A stretch of 64,000 nt of DNA, taken from positions 153,954 to 217,953 of the forward strand of contig CAZUQX010000001.1 in NCBI GenBank assembly GCA_964623205.1. The letters are read 5' to 3'. Shown here in pieces: positions 10,583 through 20,665 of this stretch. Under the pieces are notes generated by a model. That model worked only from the letters and a program-made list of their open reading frames with translations. It made no database searches and was not told where the DNA came from. How positions within the stretch are numbered: position 1 is the first letter of the stretch; each line of letters starts with the position of its first letter. The translations under genes and the position numbers were made by a program. The DNA is from an uncultured Candidatus Bathyarchaeia archaeon (GTDB taxonomy: Archaea > Thermoproteota > Bathyarchaeia > Bathyarchaeales > Bathyarchaeaceae).

Positions 10583-10870
10583 TCACTCCTTTCCTTCCAT
10601 GACCATTTCTATGGCGTCTGCAGGGCATTCAACAGCACATATTCCACAACCTTTACAGAAGTCATAGTCAATTATCATGTTGTTTGTCTCCGGATCATGT
10701 TTTACGGCGCCCTCTGGGCAGTAGATGTGACAGAACATACAGCGGGTGCACTTTTCTGTGTTCCAAATTGGCTTGTAGGAGCGCCAATCTCCGGTTTTGT
10801 AGTCTGTGCTAGGAACCCAGCATACGCCGGCTAAAGGAAGGTCTTTCCAGCCTTTTTGTTTGGGGCTCAT
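10583..10870 (-). CDS. porD: pyruvate/2-oxoacid:ferredoxin oxidoreductase delta subunit (2x[4Fe-4S])
   Basis: Two ferredoxin motifs, CTRCMFCHIYCP and CKGCGICAVECP. 95 aa. Confidence 0.9.
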   Translation of the reverse strand: MSPKQKGWKDLPLAGVCWVPSTDYKTGDWRSYKPIWNTEKCTRCMFCHIYCPEGAVKHDPETNNMIIDYDFCKGCGICAVECPADAIEMVMEGKE

Positions 10871-11436
10871 TCAGACTTCGCCTCCTTATAAGCTTCTTTT
10901 ATAACGCCAATGTTTTTTTGTGCAAGTGGGCCTGGAAAACGGCCTTTCACGGCTTTTTCTATGCTTTCCATTTTCACTACTTCTGTTGCACGGGCGACTG
11001 CTCCAAGCATGGCTGTATTAGTGATTAATCTTCCGAGAATTCTCATAGCTATGTCAGTAGCGGGAACTGTCCAAAGGGTTCCCTTTGTCATTTTCAGCTC
11101 TTCTTTCATCTCTTTTGGTGTGTTCACTATGAGGATTCCTTTTTCGTCTAATCCTTCTGTGACTGGAACGGTTGCCAAAAGGGTTGGATCCATAACTATA
11201 GAGAGACCTGGGTTGTAGACTGCACAATGTAGCCTTATCGGCTTATCGCTGATACGTGTGTAAGCTTTTACTGGTGCTCCCATCCTTTCGGGACCGAACT
11301 CCGGAAAGGATTGGATGTATTTTCCTTCGTTGATTGCAGCCCGTGCTAGAAGCTCGCTTGCCGTCCATGCTCCTTGACCGCCACGTCCGTGCCATCTGAA
11401 CTCTTTGAGGACCAATAATCTTCCTCCAAACAGCAT
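10867..11436 (-). CDS. porG: pyruvate/2-oxoacid:ferredoxin oxidoreductase gamma subunit
   Basis: FRWHGRGGQGAWTASELLA motif. 4-nt overlap with porD. Confidence 0.88.
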   Translation of the reverse strand: MLFGGRLLVLKEFRWHGRGGQGAWTASELLARAAINEGKYIQSFPEFGPERMGAPVKAYTRISDKPIRLHCAVYNPGLSIVMDPTLLATVPVTEGLDEKGILIVNTPKEMKEELKMTKGTLWTVPATDIAMRILGRLITNTAMLGAVARATEVVKMESIEKAVKGRFPGPLAQKNIGVIKEAYKEAKSE

Positions 11437-11713
11437 CTCACGTAAATATGTGGAGAAAAGGTAAACAGTAATGCCTCTCTTAAGTTTTTAGGAAAAAGCG
11501 CTTCTACACGACTTCTTTTGATGTTCCTTCATTTGTTATGCTATCCAGAGAGGTTCTTGCGGTTTGCTGCTCAAATGGGGCATTTGTGTAAATGGTCCCT
11601 TTTCGGAGACAGAATGTGAGAAGAATGTAATGTGAAAAAATATAAGAAGCTGTAAAACAATCTAAAGTTTAATTCAAGGCAATGGTATTTGTGAAGAAAC
11701 TGGGGTATGTGAT

Positions 11714-12052
11714 TTGGCTAAGAAAGAAGTAAAACCTAACGGGGAGACAACTGCGGCAGAGAGCGCCGTTTTCATAGGCAAAAAACCTATAATGAGCTAT
11801 GTTACTGCTTGTATAACCTTCTTTAACAGGGGCGAAGAGCAGGTGGTTGTTAAGGCAAGGGGAAGGGCAATCAGCAGAGCAGTTGATACTGTCGAATTGT
11901 TGCGCCGCGCCTTCGTCCAAGACTTGGAAATAAAAAGTATCAACATAAGCACCGAAGAACTGGTTAGATCTGATGGTCAAAAATCAAACGTCTCAGCAAT
12001 CGCAATAACTGCCATCAAAGCCGGACCCAAACAACCTCAAGAAAAGGAATAG
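11714..12052 (+). CDS. albA: DNA/RNA-binding protein Alba
   Basis: VFIGKKPIMSYVTACITFFNRGEEQVVVKARGRAISRAVDTVELLRRAF is the Alba core. TTG start. Confidence 0.9.
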   Translation: MAKKEVKPNGETTAAESAVFIGKKPIMSYVTACITFFNRGEEQVVVKARGRAISRAVDTVELLRRAFVQDLEIKSINISTEELVRSDGQKSNVSAIAITAIKAGPKQPQEKE

Positions 12053-12203
12053 ATTCTCCAATATACCTAATCACCAACGTTGTGTGATATTCTTTCTTAC
12101 TTCAGACTATTGAGGGAAGTTGTTTCAGGGGTCTCAGATATCTATAAAAATACTGTGATTCAATGAAGTGTTATTGGTGAGATACTTGCCTGATTATCCT
12201 AAG

Positions 12204-13523
12204 ATGGTTGTTCGTCCTCCCGGTCCGAAGGCTAGAGCTCTTGTCGAAAGAGACTCGGCTACAATTTCTCCCGCGTATACGCGCTATTATCCGCTTGTGG
12301 TAGATTCTGGAAATAACTGCATAGTGAAAGATGTTGACGGAAACGAATACATCGACTTCAACTCCGGACTGGTATGCCTAAACGTGGGGCACAACCACCC
12401 CAAGGTTGTCAAGGCAATAAAAGGTCAATGCGACAAATTTATCCACTACTCCAACACCGACTTTTACTACCAACAAACCGTCAACCTAGCTGAAAAACTG
12501 TTAGAAATAACTCCTGGCAGATTTCAGAAGCGAGTCCACTTTGGAAACAGTGGAACAGAGGCTGTGGAGACCGCCCTCAAGCTCTCCAAGTGGCATACTC
12601 GTAAACACCAATTCATTGCCTTTATCGGTGCCTTTCATGGAAGAACACTCGGCTCTATGTCCCTCACAGCCAGCAAACCCATTCAAAGAAGGCACTACTT
12701 TCCCATGCTTCCCGGAATAACCCATGTGCCCTATCCCTACTGCTACCGCTGCCCCTTCAACCTCTCTTATCCAGAATGCAGTTACAGATGCGTAGACTTC
12801 ATAGACGAACAAGTTCTGCAAAAATACGTGCCCCCCGAAGAAGTTGCCGGCATAGTCTTTGAACCTATCCAAGGCGAAGGCGGATACATAGTTCCCCCTC
12901 CAGAATACTTCCAGCGCCTCAAGAAACTGGCGGACAAATATGGGTTACTCATGATCGCCGATGAAGTTCAATCGGGCATCGGAAGAACAGGAAGATGGTT
13001 CGCCATCGAACATTGGAAAATCGAACCTGACATCATCTGCGTAGCCAAAGCCCTAGCCTCAGGACTGCCCTTAAGCGCAACCGTGACTAGAGCCCGACTG
13101 ATGGACTGGGAATCCGGCTCCCACGCCAGCACTTTCGGCGGAAATCCCGTGGCTTGTGCCGCAGCGTTGGCAGTGATTGACGTAATCAAGGAGGAGAAGC
13201 TTCTTGAAAACGCCGAGAAACAGGGCAATTATATCATAAAACGTCTACAAGACGTGAAGGAAAAACAGGAAATCGTGGGAGACATCCGAGGAAAGGGGTT
13301 GATGATTGGGGTTGAGTTTGTGGAAGATAAAGAGACCAAGAAGGCAGGAGTGGATCAGGCTAGAGAAGTGATGCTGAGGTGCTGGAGGAGAGGCGTAGCA
13401 ACCGTAACCTGCGGGGTTTCCACCCTCAGATTGGTTCCACCATTGACGATAACCAGAGAACTGGTAGACGCCAGCCTAGAAATAATCGAAGATGTTATCA
13501 AGGAAGTTGAAAAAGAGAAATAG
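12204..13523 (+). CDS. class III (acetylornithine/GABA-type) PLP aminotransferase
   Basis: GNSGTEAVETALKL, GAFHGRT, DEVQSGIGRTGRWFA and STFGGNP motifs. The ORF track starts at GTG 12168. The first ATG is at 12204. Confidence 0.85.
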   Translation: MVVRPPGPKARALVERDSATISPAYTRYYPLVVDSGNNCIVKDVDGNEYIDFNSGLVCLNVGHNHPKVVKAIKGQCDKFIHYSNTDFYYQQTVNLAEKLLEITPGRFQKRVHFGNSGTEAVETALKLSKWHTRKHQFIAFIGAFHGRTLGSMSLTASKPIQRRHYFPMLPGITHVPYPYCYRCPFNLSYPECSYRCVDFIDEQVLQKYVPPEEVAGIVFEPIQGEGGYIVPPPEYFQRLKKLADKYGLLMIADEVQSGIGRTGRWFAIEHWKIEPDIICVAKALASGLPLSATVTRARLMDWESGSHASTFGGNPVACAAALAVIDVIKEEKLLENAEKQGNYIIKRLQDVKEKQEIVGDIRGKGLMIGVEFVEDKETKKAGVDQAREVMLRCWRRGVATVTCGVSTLRLVPPLTITRELVDASLEIIEDVIKEVEKEK

Positions 13524-13524
13524 C

Positions 13525-14031
13525 TCATTTTTCTGTTTCACGTAGAACTTCTATGTTTCCTCGGTTTCCAACATGTAATTCCAGATTCCCGCTCCACCCT
13601 TCTCGCACGTATCCGTGAGAAATTCTGATGTTTTGTTCCCGTTGAATCTTCCCGTTTTCCACCAAGTCTACCTTGTCGTCCCACAAAACCACCCTTAACG
13701 TTCCACTCTTATCTGAAACAAGCAGGCTAGCAAGCTTTCCCTCAGTCCAGTCTCGACGAGTAAATGTTTTAGAGGGATAAACGGCAACAACCTGTCCACC
13801 AACAGTAACATCATTCAATCCAGAAACAAGGTCTTGAATCTGAATTTCCAGTCGAAGAGGCTTCTTCCCGCTTTCCACTCCCAACTCCGAAGCGACAATC
13901 CGCGCCGCGGTTTCATCCGCTAAAAAATCTCCTACCCCCATCTTTTTCTTTTCAATCATTTCTAGAACTTCTTTACGGTTAAGGTCAGAACGAGACGACA
14001 GAATTCGCTCAACGATTTCCTCTAAACTCAT
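13525..14031 (-). CDS. OB-fold nucleic-acid-binding protein (RPA/SSB-like)
   Basis: An N-terminal helical module is followed by an OB-like beta pattern (VTVGGQVVAVYPSKTFTRRD...GTLRVVLWDD...). Call made by eye. Confidence 0.5.
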   Translation of the reverse strand: MSLEEIVERILSSRSDLNRKEVLEMIEKKKMGVGDFLADETAARIVASELGVESGKKPLRLEIQIQDLVSGLNDVTVGGQVVAVYPSKTFTRRDWTEGKLASLLVSDKSGTLRVVLWDDKVDLVENGKIQREQNIRISHGYVREGWSGNLELHVGNRGNIEVLRETEK

Positions 14032-14070
14032 TTTCCTTCACTAAATTGGCGAAAACTATGGTTAAAAAAC

Positions 14071-14193
14071 TTAGGTCTCTTCGGTTTTTTCCTCTCTGCC
14101 ATACATCATATACAAAAAGCCCAGAACCAAGGCTATGAAGATCAAACCTACTAGTATATTGAGTATGATGGCATAGTAGGCTTCTGGATTCAT
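14071..14193 (-). CDS. small single-TM protein (40 aa), below the ORF-track cutoff
   Basis: Manual translation gives MNPEAYYAIILNILVGLIFIALVLGFLYMMYGREEKTEET. AAGGAG sits about 8 nt upstream of the ATG. Confidence 0.35.
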   Translation of the reverse strand: MNPEAYYAIILNILVGLIFIALVLGFLYMMYGREEKTEET

Positions 14194-14232
14194 TAAAGTC
14201 ACTCCTTCATCTAATATTTGAAGGTGAGATAT

Positions 14233-14664
14233 TTAAGGTGTAACCTTCTTCCACTCTTCCATGAGGAAGTCGTAGGTCTCGTCATCCTCCTCAATCTTGT
14301 CAAACCATCCCAAAGCATCAGCTATCTTCTGGGCGATGAGGTGATAACAGATATGCACTTCTCTATCCATTACGCGGAAGTAGAAATCGTCGCAAGAACA
14401 GAAACCCGCGGCTGGCATAATTTGGTATTCTCGTTCCCTGCCTACAACTATCCAAACGATTCTGCCGCTGGGGCTAAAAACGTATTTCTTAACTCTCTCT
14501 TCTTTTAGGGTCTCCCATGCTTTAGTGAACCGTGAACCAAGCGCTTCTGAAAGCTGGGTTAGCTGTTTACCTGTAATCTCCCCATTGATCTTTGCTTCTT
14601 CGCAAACGTTTTCGAGTACCTTGATTTCTTTGGGTGTTTTCACGGGTTTCTTCATCCCTTGCAA
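14233..14664 (-). CDS. SWIM zinc-finger protein
   Basis: CSCDDFYFRVMDREVHICYH matches the CxCxnCxH SWIM signature. Confidence 0.7.
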   Translation of the reverse strand: MQGMKKPVKTPKEIKVLENVCEEAKINGEITGKQLTQLSEALGSRFTKAWETLKEERVKKYVFSPSGRIVWIVVGREREYQIMPAAGFCSCDDFYFRVMDREVHICYHLIAQKIADALGWFDKIEEDDETYDFLMEEWKKVTP

Positions 14665-14734
14665 GAGTGTTATGGCATTCTACGGAGAAGCAATTGTTTT
14701 CCAACAGCGGATTTCAAGAGGCATTTTTGTTAGT

Positions 14735-15361
14735 CTATTCGATTTTTATCCGTTCTCCACCGGGCTTCGTTTTTTCTTTGATTTTGGGCACTGTAACCTC
14801 TAGCACTCCATTTTTGTATGATGTTTTAGCTTTCTTATGTTCAATTTTTGTCGGCATTTCAATTTCTTTGAAGTATCTCCGTTCTGAGGTGGCAACTGAT
14901 ATTGTTAATTTGTTCTCTGTTCCCTGCAATTTGATGTCCTCTTTTTCAACCCCGGGCAATTCTACTATGACCTTTATTTCCCCGTTTGCGCTGATGATAT
15001 CCACCAACGGTTCTCGTTCTTCCTTCACGTCGAGGACTGGTCTGGTTAACCCTAAGGCTTCTGGTTTGCTTGAGGGCTTGACGTTGCCGAATTCCCTTAT
15101 TTTCGGCTTTCCATCTGGTCCTATGGTCATGCTGTAGCCGTAGACAAAGGGGCCCCACTCCGGTATAGTTGAGCCGTCAGGGAGCTTTCGTTCACGTTTC
15201 AAATCTTTTGGGATGCGGGTTCCAAATTCTCTGAACTCCTTCTCCATCATCTCCTCCATTTCCTTCATCATCTCTTCGATGTCTCCGAAGAACCAGTTGC
15301 CAAAAAATGGATTGCGCTTCTTTCTTTTTTTGAACCATTCCGGCATGTCATCCTCTGACAT
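14735..15361 (-). CDS. small heat-shock protein (Hsp20/alpha-crystallin)
   Basis: VDIISANGEIKVIVELPGVEKEDIKL...AKTSYKNGVLEVTVPK is an alpha-crystallin domain. It carries an acidic/Met-rich N-terminal extension. Confidence 0.85.
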   Translation of the reverse strand: MSEDDMPEWFKKRKKRNPFFGNWFFGDIEEMMKEMEEMMEKEFREFGTRIPKDLKRERKLPDGSTIPEWGPFVYGYSMTIGPDGKPKIREFGNVKPSSKPEALGLTRPVLDVKEEREPLVDIISANGEIKVIVELPGVEKEDIKLQGTENKLTISVATSERRYFKEIEMPTKIEHKKAKTSYKNGVLEVTVPKIKEKTKPGGERIKIE

Positions 15362-15456
15362 TTTCCTTCACCTTCATAATCAAGTACATCCAGAAATTCA
15401 TTAAAACTTTTCTGAACTAATTTTTTACTCGATGATAACTGGATTTTTTTTCGTGT

Positions 15457-16305
15457 TTAACTCAGCGCTTTCAGCTGGTTTACTGTTCCTAGAAAGGTTC
15501 CGTCCAGAAGATACACTTCTGCATCATCTATGTTTACGCTTCCGGAACGTAATATTGGACCAATAAAAGCCATAGTCTTTTTCTTTCTCTTCTTTTCGTT
15601 GATTGGTCTGCCTCCGAGGAATTGATTGAAGGAAGGCATTATGAAAAGCTGTGAAACGTCAAGCTTCACTTCAAATTGGCTGTTCAGTCTGGAAGAAATA
15701 TTATTGTTGTTTTTTTTGGTGCCTAGATGTTTGAGGAGCGATTTAACTAACTGTTCTCCGTCGCAAGGTGCTTTAACCCAAACTTGTTTTGTCATCCTGA
15801 AACCCATGGGGTCGCGAATGGCTATTGTGGGATGTACGTGACCTGTAACTAGGCTTCTGCATCCTAGGAGTTCTGGTGCTGGCCATGCGTGTCCATGGAA
15901 GAGTCCAATATCGCCGAAAATGACGCCTGTTGGAGGGATGATTTTTATGGTTTCAGGGAGGAGAGGCTCAAGGTTTCCATCGTGGTTTCCTAGAACCACC
16001 TGGATGTCTGCAACTTCTTCATTTATTGTTTCGAAGAATTCTGGAATGTCCCGCCACTCCTCCATCTCTACCTTTGCTATGGCGTCCTTTATGTCTCCCA
16101 AAATTATTAGGCGTGTGGGCTTGCACTCCTTGAGGAGTCGGAGCAGTATGTTTTTGATTTTTGGAGTTTGAGAGGGAACGTGGACTCCCCTCTGGCTTAG
16201 GAGCCTCTCCCATCCTATGTGAAGGTCTGAGACCACTAAGGCTCGGTCAGAATCCTTCTGCAGAAGCAGGGCTGGATATGGCTGCACTGGCTCTATCTGC
16301 GTCAA
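15457..16305 (-). CDS. calcineurin-like metallophosphoesterase
   Basis: Motifs VVSDLHIG, ILGDIKD, LGNHDG, FHGH and GHVHP. Confidence 0.8.
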   Translation of the reverse strand: MTQIEPVQPYPALLLQKDSDRALVVSDLHIGWERLLSQRGVHVPSQTPKIKNILLRLLKECKPTRLIILGDIKDAIAKVEMEEWRDIPEFFETINEEVADIQVVLGNHDGNLEPLLPETIKIIPPTGVIFGDIGLFHGHAWPAPELLGCRSLVTGHVHPTIAIRDPMGFRMTKQVWVKAPCDGEQLVKSLLKHLGTKKNNNNISSRLNSQFEVKLDVSQLFIMPSFNQFLGGRPINEKKRKKKTMAFIGPILRSGSVNIDDAEVYLLDGTFLGTVNQLKALS

Positions 16306-16375
16306 GGCACAACTGTTCTCCTAAATCTAAATACAGCTTCCCCTGTTAAAAACTGGAATGCTCCAAGTTCATGTT

Positions 16376-17197
16376 TTATGTTAGAGCTAGAGCTTCTCTG
16401 ATGGCTTCATAGATTGTTTTGTTGGAGGCTGCGATGAAGGCCAATCTTTGGGTAGGAGCTAAAGGAACGTTAAGTTCTTCTCCTTCGGGTGTGACCATAA
16501 TTCCTCCTGCCTCGCGAAGTATGAGATAGGAGGCGACCATGTCTGTTACCCGCAGTTTTCCGCGGATATCAATGAAAGCGTCTGTGGAGCCGTCTGCGAC
16601 GTAGCAGATCTCTAGGGCGTTGGCTCCAAAATGGCGGAAATGCCTCCCTCTCTTGAAGAGTCCCTCCAGTTTAGCCTGAAGTTCTCCTATTCTGAAGGTG
16701 TTAAGGTCAATTCCGATGACCGCTTCTTCTATGGAAGATGTTTCAGAAGGTTTGATTTTTTCTCCGTTTCTGAAGGCGCCTTGGTTCTTTTGTGCAGTGT
16801 AGGTTATGTTGTGGAAGAGGTCGGATACGATGGCTGTTTCCACATCTTGGAGGTTAGGTCCCTTCGAAACTGCAATGACGTTAGCACTGAAGGGTAGCCC
16901 TCGAACGGCGTTGGTTGTGCCGTCCACAGGGTCTGTTGTAACGTAGTATTCGGAGGGTTGAGACCCGATTTTCGTTGTTCCAGACTCTTCGCTGACAAGC
17001 GTGCAAGAGATTTCATGCTTGTTTAAACAGTTGATTAATGCTTTTTCGGCGGCTAAATCGATTTTTTTCATGGTGTCGCCGCCGGCTCCGACGCCAAAGC
17101 TGGTTGCTGCTTCTGGGGAGCCGTAAAAGGTGAGGGCTTCTTTTCTCATTTTTTGTGAGCATTCTTGTATTATCTTTAGCCAATCCATGATTCTCAC
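16376..17197 (-). CDS. inositol monophosphatase / fructose-1,6-bisphosphatase family protein
   Basis: VSEESG and TTDPVDGTTNA (WxDPxDGT-type) motifs. 273 aa. Confidence 0.8.
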   Translation of the reverse strand: MRIMDWLKIIQECSQKMRKEALTFYGSPEAATSFGVGAGGDTMKKIDLAAEKALINCLNKHEISCTLVSEESGTTKIGSQPSEYYVTTDPVDGTTNAVRGLPFSANVIAVSKGPNLQDVETAIVSDLFHNITYTAQKNQGAFRNGEKIKPSETSSIEEAVIGIDLNTFRIGELQAKLEGLFKRGRHFRHFGANALEICYVADGSTDAFIDIRGKLRVTDMVASYLILREAGGIMVTPEGEELNVPLAPTQRLAFIAASNKTIYEAIREALALT

Positions 17198-17314
17198 GCC
17201 TATGTGCTGGCTTTCGGGTAATCTGGTGTTTTTCCAAGCTTTTAAACCCAGATGTTTATGGAAAATGGTGGCGAAAAGACACTTAAGGAAGAATTATGCC
17301 TTGAAAACAAAGGG

Positions 17315-17399
17315 GCGGGGGTCGCCGAGCCAGGTCAAAGGCGCAGGCTTCAGGAGCCTGTCCCGTAGGGGTTCGTGGGTTCAAATCCCACTCCCCGCA
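17315..17399 (+). tRNA. tRNA-Leu (anticodon CAG), class II with long variable arm
   Basis: Hand fold: acceptor GCGGGGG/TCCCCGC, anticodon stem CAGGC/GCCTG, loop TTCAGGA, variable arm TCCCGTAGGGGTTC, T-arm GTGGG-TTCAAAT-CCCAC, discriminator A. Confidence 0.85.
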
Positions 17400-17476
17400 C
17401 TCTGGATGTTAAGCATTAACTCTGTCGAGTTACAGTAATTATTTATTTTCACACCTGTTAGCTTAATTGATGCTTT

Positions 17477-18184
17477 ATGCAGAGCGTCGTCGAGAAACTC
17501 CAGAAAGTTGGACTCACAGAATACGAGGCTAAGGCATATATGGGTTTGCTAAGTGACCACTTGAACACTGCCGCAAAGCTTTCAGAGAAGTCTGGTGTTC
17601 CAAGGACAAGGATTTACTCGGTTTTGGAGTCGTTGGCGAATAAGGGTTGGATACGAATCTACTCTGGAATGCCCCTCTTGTTCAAGGCAGTTGACCCCCA
17701 CGATGTTTTCGAGAGAATCAAGGAAGACTACGAAGAGTTCATGGAGTCAGTTGAGGCGACGCTAAATATGGAGGTGGATGAAGTGAAAGAGAAATTTATA
17801 ATAAAAAAATCTGATGTTGGACTCAGAAACCTGAAAGACGAAATGAAGAAAGCCAAAACCATATGGATAAACAACGCAACAACAGGCTTCGTCGAAAAGG
17901 TGAATGACACATTCAATGAAGACACAGAAGTTCGGGTTCTCCTCTTCCCCGGCGAAAAGAAAACAGCCGACAAGAACGTGCAATTCAAAGAGGCTGAAGT
18001 GAAGATCGTTTGCATGATCAGAAACAAAGAGGTGCCCTCAATGTCAATCACTCTTGACGAAAGCAGAACATTCACTGTGGTTCAAGACCCATTCAAACAA
18101 CAATTCATCGTAGACGAAATGCTGTACGACGAATGCGCCAAATGCTTCCTAGAATGGAACAATCTGGGTTGGGGCGCAACCTAA
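17477..18184 (+). CDS. TrmB-family transcriptional regulator
   Basis: LQKVGLTEYEAKAYMGLLSDHLNTAAKLSEKSGVPRTRIYSVLESLANKGWI is the TrmB wHTH. Confidence 0.8.
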   Translation: MQSVVEKLQKVGLTEYEAKAYMGLLSDHLNTAAKLSEKSGVPRTRIYSVLESLANKGWIRIYSGMPLLFKAVDPHDVFERIKEDYEEFMESVEATLNMEVDEVKEKFIIKKSDVGLRNLKDEMKKAKTIWINNATTGFVEKVNDTFNEDTEVRVLLFPGEKKTADKNVQFKEAEVKIVCMIRNKEVPSMSITLDESRTFTVVQDPFKQQFIVDEMLYDECAKCFLEWNNLGWGAT

Positions 18185-18203
18185 AGGGTGTGAGGCGAAA
18201 CAG

Positions 18204-18638
18204 ATGCCAATAGTAGACGGAAGATACGAATCTAAACTCTCAACCACTTTCAGCACAGTGGATGAAGGCATAGACGAAATCAAAAAGAAAATCAAGAAAT
18301 CAAGGGGAATAAGAATCAGCAACATCCCCATGAAACTGCTAGAAGAACTAAAACCACTGTTGGTAGGCAAAGACCTGAAAACAATCTTGCCCCTTGGTCA
18401 GAAATTCACAGAGGAACTAAAAAAATTGGGCGATCTTGCCACAACGAAGGCAAGGATATACGTCGATTTCAAGGGCACAGAAGCAAACACAGGCTCAATC
18501 AGCTTTTCAACTGTAATTTTCAACATCACATGGCTAGGCGACGAAATATTTGATATTTCAACGATGGAATACAGCACATGCGTAAAATGCCTAAGAAAAA
18601 CCTTTGATGGCGCCTGGAGATACTCACAGAAATGGTAG
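18204..18638 (+). CDS. hypothetical protein
   Basis: 144-aa ORF starting 20 nt after the TrmB gene. No recognisable motif. Confidence 0.4.
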   Translation: MPIVDGRYESKLSTTFSTVDEGIDEIKKKIKKSRGIRISNIPMKLLEELKPLLVGKDLKTILPLGQKFTEELKKLGDLATTKARIYVDFKGTEANTGSISFSTVIFNITWLGDEIFDISTMEYSTCVKCLRKTFDGAWRYSQKW

Positions 18639-18692
18639 CAATATGTTGAAAACAGCGTTTTTCCGAAAAATCGGCAACACAAAATATAACAA

Positions 18693-19010
18693 TTACAGTA
18701 GGCCTTCAATAAATCGCAGTAATTGATATCCGAACAATATAGCAACAACATATGTGGGCCACAAGATCACCGGCCAATTTCCAGGAACATACTGCCACAG
18801 ATTAGATGTGGTAGCGAAGACCTCCATAAGAAATAATGCGAACAAGCCCGCCACAGCCAAGTAAAGTTGTTCCTTAACCTCTTTTCTTGTTCCACGCTTT
18901 CTTCTGCTAACTAACAGAACCACCCATAACAACAAGAAAGCAAAGAAAAGGATAAACCAGTTTTGATCGAAATTAAAGATTTGTGCCATACCGCAAAAAC
19001 AGAACTGCAA
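18693..19010 (-). CDS. hypothetical membrane protein
   Basis: Three hydrophobic helices. The likely start is the internal ATG (MAQIFNF, 18989). Confidence 0.4.
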   Translation of the reverse strand: MQFCFCGMAQIFNFDQNWFILFFAFLLLWVVLLVSRRKRGTRKEVKEQLYLAVAGLFALFLMEVFATTSNLWQYVPGNWPVILWPTYVVAILFGYQLLRFIEGLL

Positions 19011-19149
19011 TATAAAAACTTTCGGTATCCCCAGAAAATTCCGTCTTCCTGAGACCTAATCGGTACGCACATTCTCTGGTTACAACCTTAAGAACATACG
19101 TTACAAGAATCCTTATGTGAAGCCTCTTCATGAAAGAAAGAATGACTGA

Positions 19150-19227
19150 GGGGCCGTCGGCTAGTTTGGTCTAGGCTCTGAGCCTCGGACGTTCGGGACC
19201 CCGGTTCAAATCCGGGCGGCCCCACCA
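19150..19227 (+). tRNA. tRNA-Pro (anticodon CGG) with genomically encoded CCA
   Basis: Hand fold: acceptor GGGGCCG/CGGCCCC, D stem GGCT/GGCT (2 G-U pairs), anticodon stem TGAGC/GTTCG, loop CTCGGAC, T-arm CCCGG-TTCAAAT-CCGGG, discriminator A at 19224, CCA at 19225-19227. Confidence 0.75.
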
Positions 19228-19288
19228 AAACATCATAGGAAGCATACTAAGGAAGCAGTAGAAAAGACCCTCTAGAGAATGAACTAGC

Positions 19289-20665
19289 TTAATTCTTTGA
19301 TCTCTTCGCAATTTCTTCGGCGGCTATAACTCCGGAGGCAGACGCTTGTATAAGTCCTCGGCTTACTCCCGCCCCATCACCAATTGTGAACATGTTACGG
19401 ATCTTTGTCTCCAGCTGATCATTCAACTCAAGCCTCGAAGAGTAGAATTTCACTTCTATACCGTAGAGTAACGTATCTTTCGAGTATATTCCTGGAGCCA
19501 CCTGATCCAAGGCCTTAAGCATCTCACGAATATCAGCTAGGTACCGATAGGGCAGGACAAAGCTGAGGTCCCCAGGCGTGGCATTCTTAAGAGTTGGAAC
19601 ACAAGTGCTTCTTTTTATCCTCTCCTCTGTCGAGCGACGGCCAGCCTCTAGGTCGCCAAGCCTCTGAATTATCACCCCTCCGCTCAAGAGGTTTCCGAGC
19701 CGCGCGATGTATTTTCCGTAGGCTATGGGTTCTCTGAAGGGCTCTGTGAAGGAGGTGCTCACCAAAATGGCGAAGTTGGTGTTTTTTGTCTTTCTCTCAG
19801 CGTAGCTTTGCCCGTTCACGGTTAAGATGCCATCATAGGATTCGGTGATGACCTCTCCCAGAGGCGCAACACAGAAAGTTCTCACCTGATCGTCAAAGGA
19901 CTTGGAATGGTAAATTAACTTGGGCTCATACAGTGCATTCGTGAGTTCCTCCATTATAGAGGCTTGAACCTCCACCCTGACACCTACATCCACAGGGTTG
20001 TTCAAGGTTTTCAAACCCAGAGTCTCTGCCTCTGTCTTCAGCCACTCGGCTCCGATTCTGCCAGGCGCCACAATCACATATTTCCCGTAGATTTTTTCAC
20101 CTTTGGCAGTCTCAACTCCTTTAGCTTCGCCGTCCTTGACCAATAGGCTCTTCACGCCTGTTCTAGTTCGAATGTCAACCCTGCCATCGAGGTGACTGCG
20201 CATCTTGAGAAGGGTTTCAGCACACTTTTCAGTGCCCATATGCCGAACTTTCTGGGGAATAAGCTTCAACCCAGCGAAGGAAGCCTTCCGCTCGATTTCA
20301 GCGATTTTGTCTGGGCCCGCTCCATAGAGATGTTTAGTGGCCCCAAACTTAAGATATATGTTGTCAACGTAATTCACGAGATCCCAGAGTTTTTTTTCGG
20401 TGCAGTACTCGTTGAGCCATCCACCAACCTCCGTGGATAAGGTAAGTTTTCCGTCGCTGAAGGCGCCCGCGCCTCCCCATCCTGATAAGAGGGTGCAAGG
20501 GTCACAGTTTATGCATCCTAGACCTCTACTGGCTGGGCATCTACGTTTATCGATGGCTGGCCCTTTGTCCAGCAGGAGAATGCTCAGGTCTGTTTTGTCA
20601 GCGAGTTCTAGGGCGGAGAATATTCCAGCCGGACCGGCGCCCACTATTATTACGTCGAAATTCAA
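19289..20665 (-). CDS. FAD-dependent oxidoreductase (uncharacterised dehydrogenase family)
   Basis: The N-terminal FDVIIVGAGPAGIFSALEL Rossmann motif and the C-terminal GDGAGVSRG motif. Confidence 0.7.
   Translation of the reverse strand: MNFDVIIVGAGPAGIFSALELADKTDLSILLLDKGPAIDKRRCPASRGLGCINCDPCTLLSGWGGAGAFSDGKLTLSTEVGGWLNEYCTEKKLWDLVNYVDNIYLKFGATKHLYGAGPDKIAEIERKASFAGLKLIPQKVRHMGTEKCAETLLKMRSHLDGRVDIRTRTGVKSLLVKDGEAKGVETAKGEKIYGKYVIVAPGRIGAEWLKTEAETLGLKTLNNPVDVGVRVEVQASIMEELTNALYEPKLIYHSKSFDDQVRTFCVAPLGEVITESYDGILTVNGQSYAERKTKNTNFAILVSTSFTEPFREPIAYGKYIARLGNLLSGGVIIQRLGDLEAGRRSTEERIKRSTCVPTLKNATPGDLSFVLPYRYLADIREMLKALDQVAPGIYSKDTLLYGIEVKFYSSRLELNDQLETKIRNMFTIGDGAGVSRGLIQASASGVIAAEEIAKRSKN

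Noticed and set aside
17315-19227. Possible integrated element bounded by tRNA-Leu and tRNA-Pro
   Set aside because: There is no integrase or recombinase, no duplicated tRNA 3' segment and no att-like direct repeat. The content (TrmB plus two small hypotheticals) is unremarkable.
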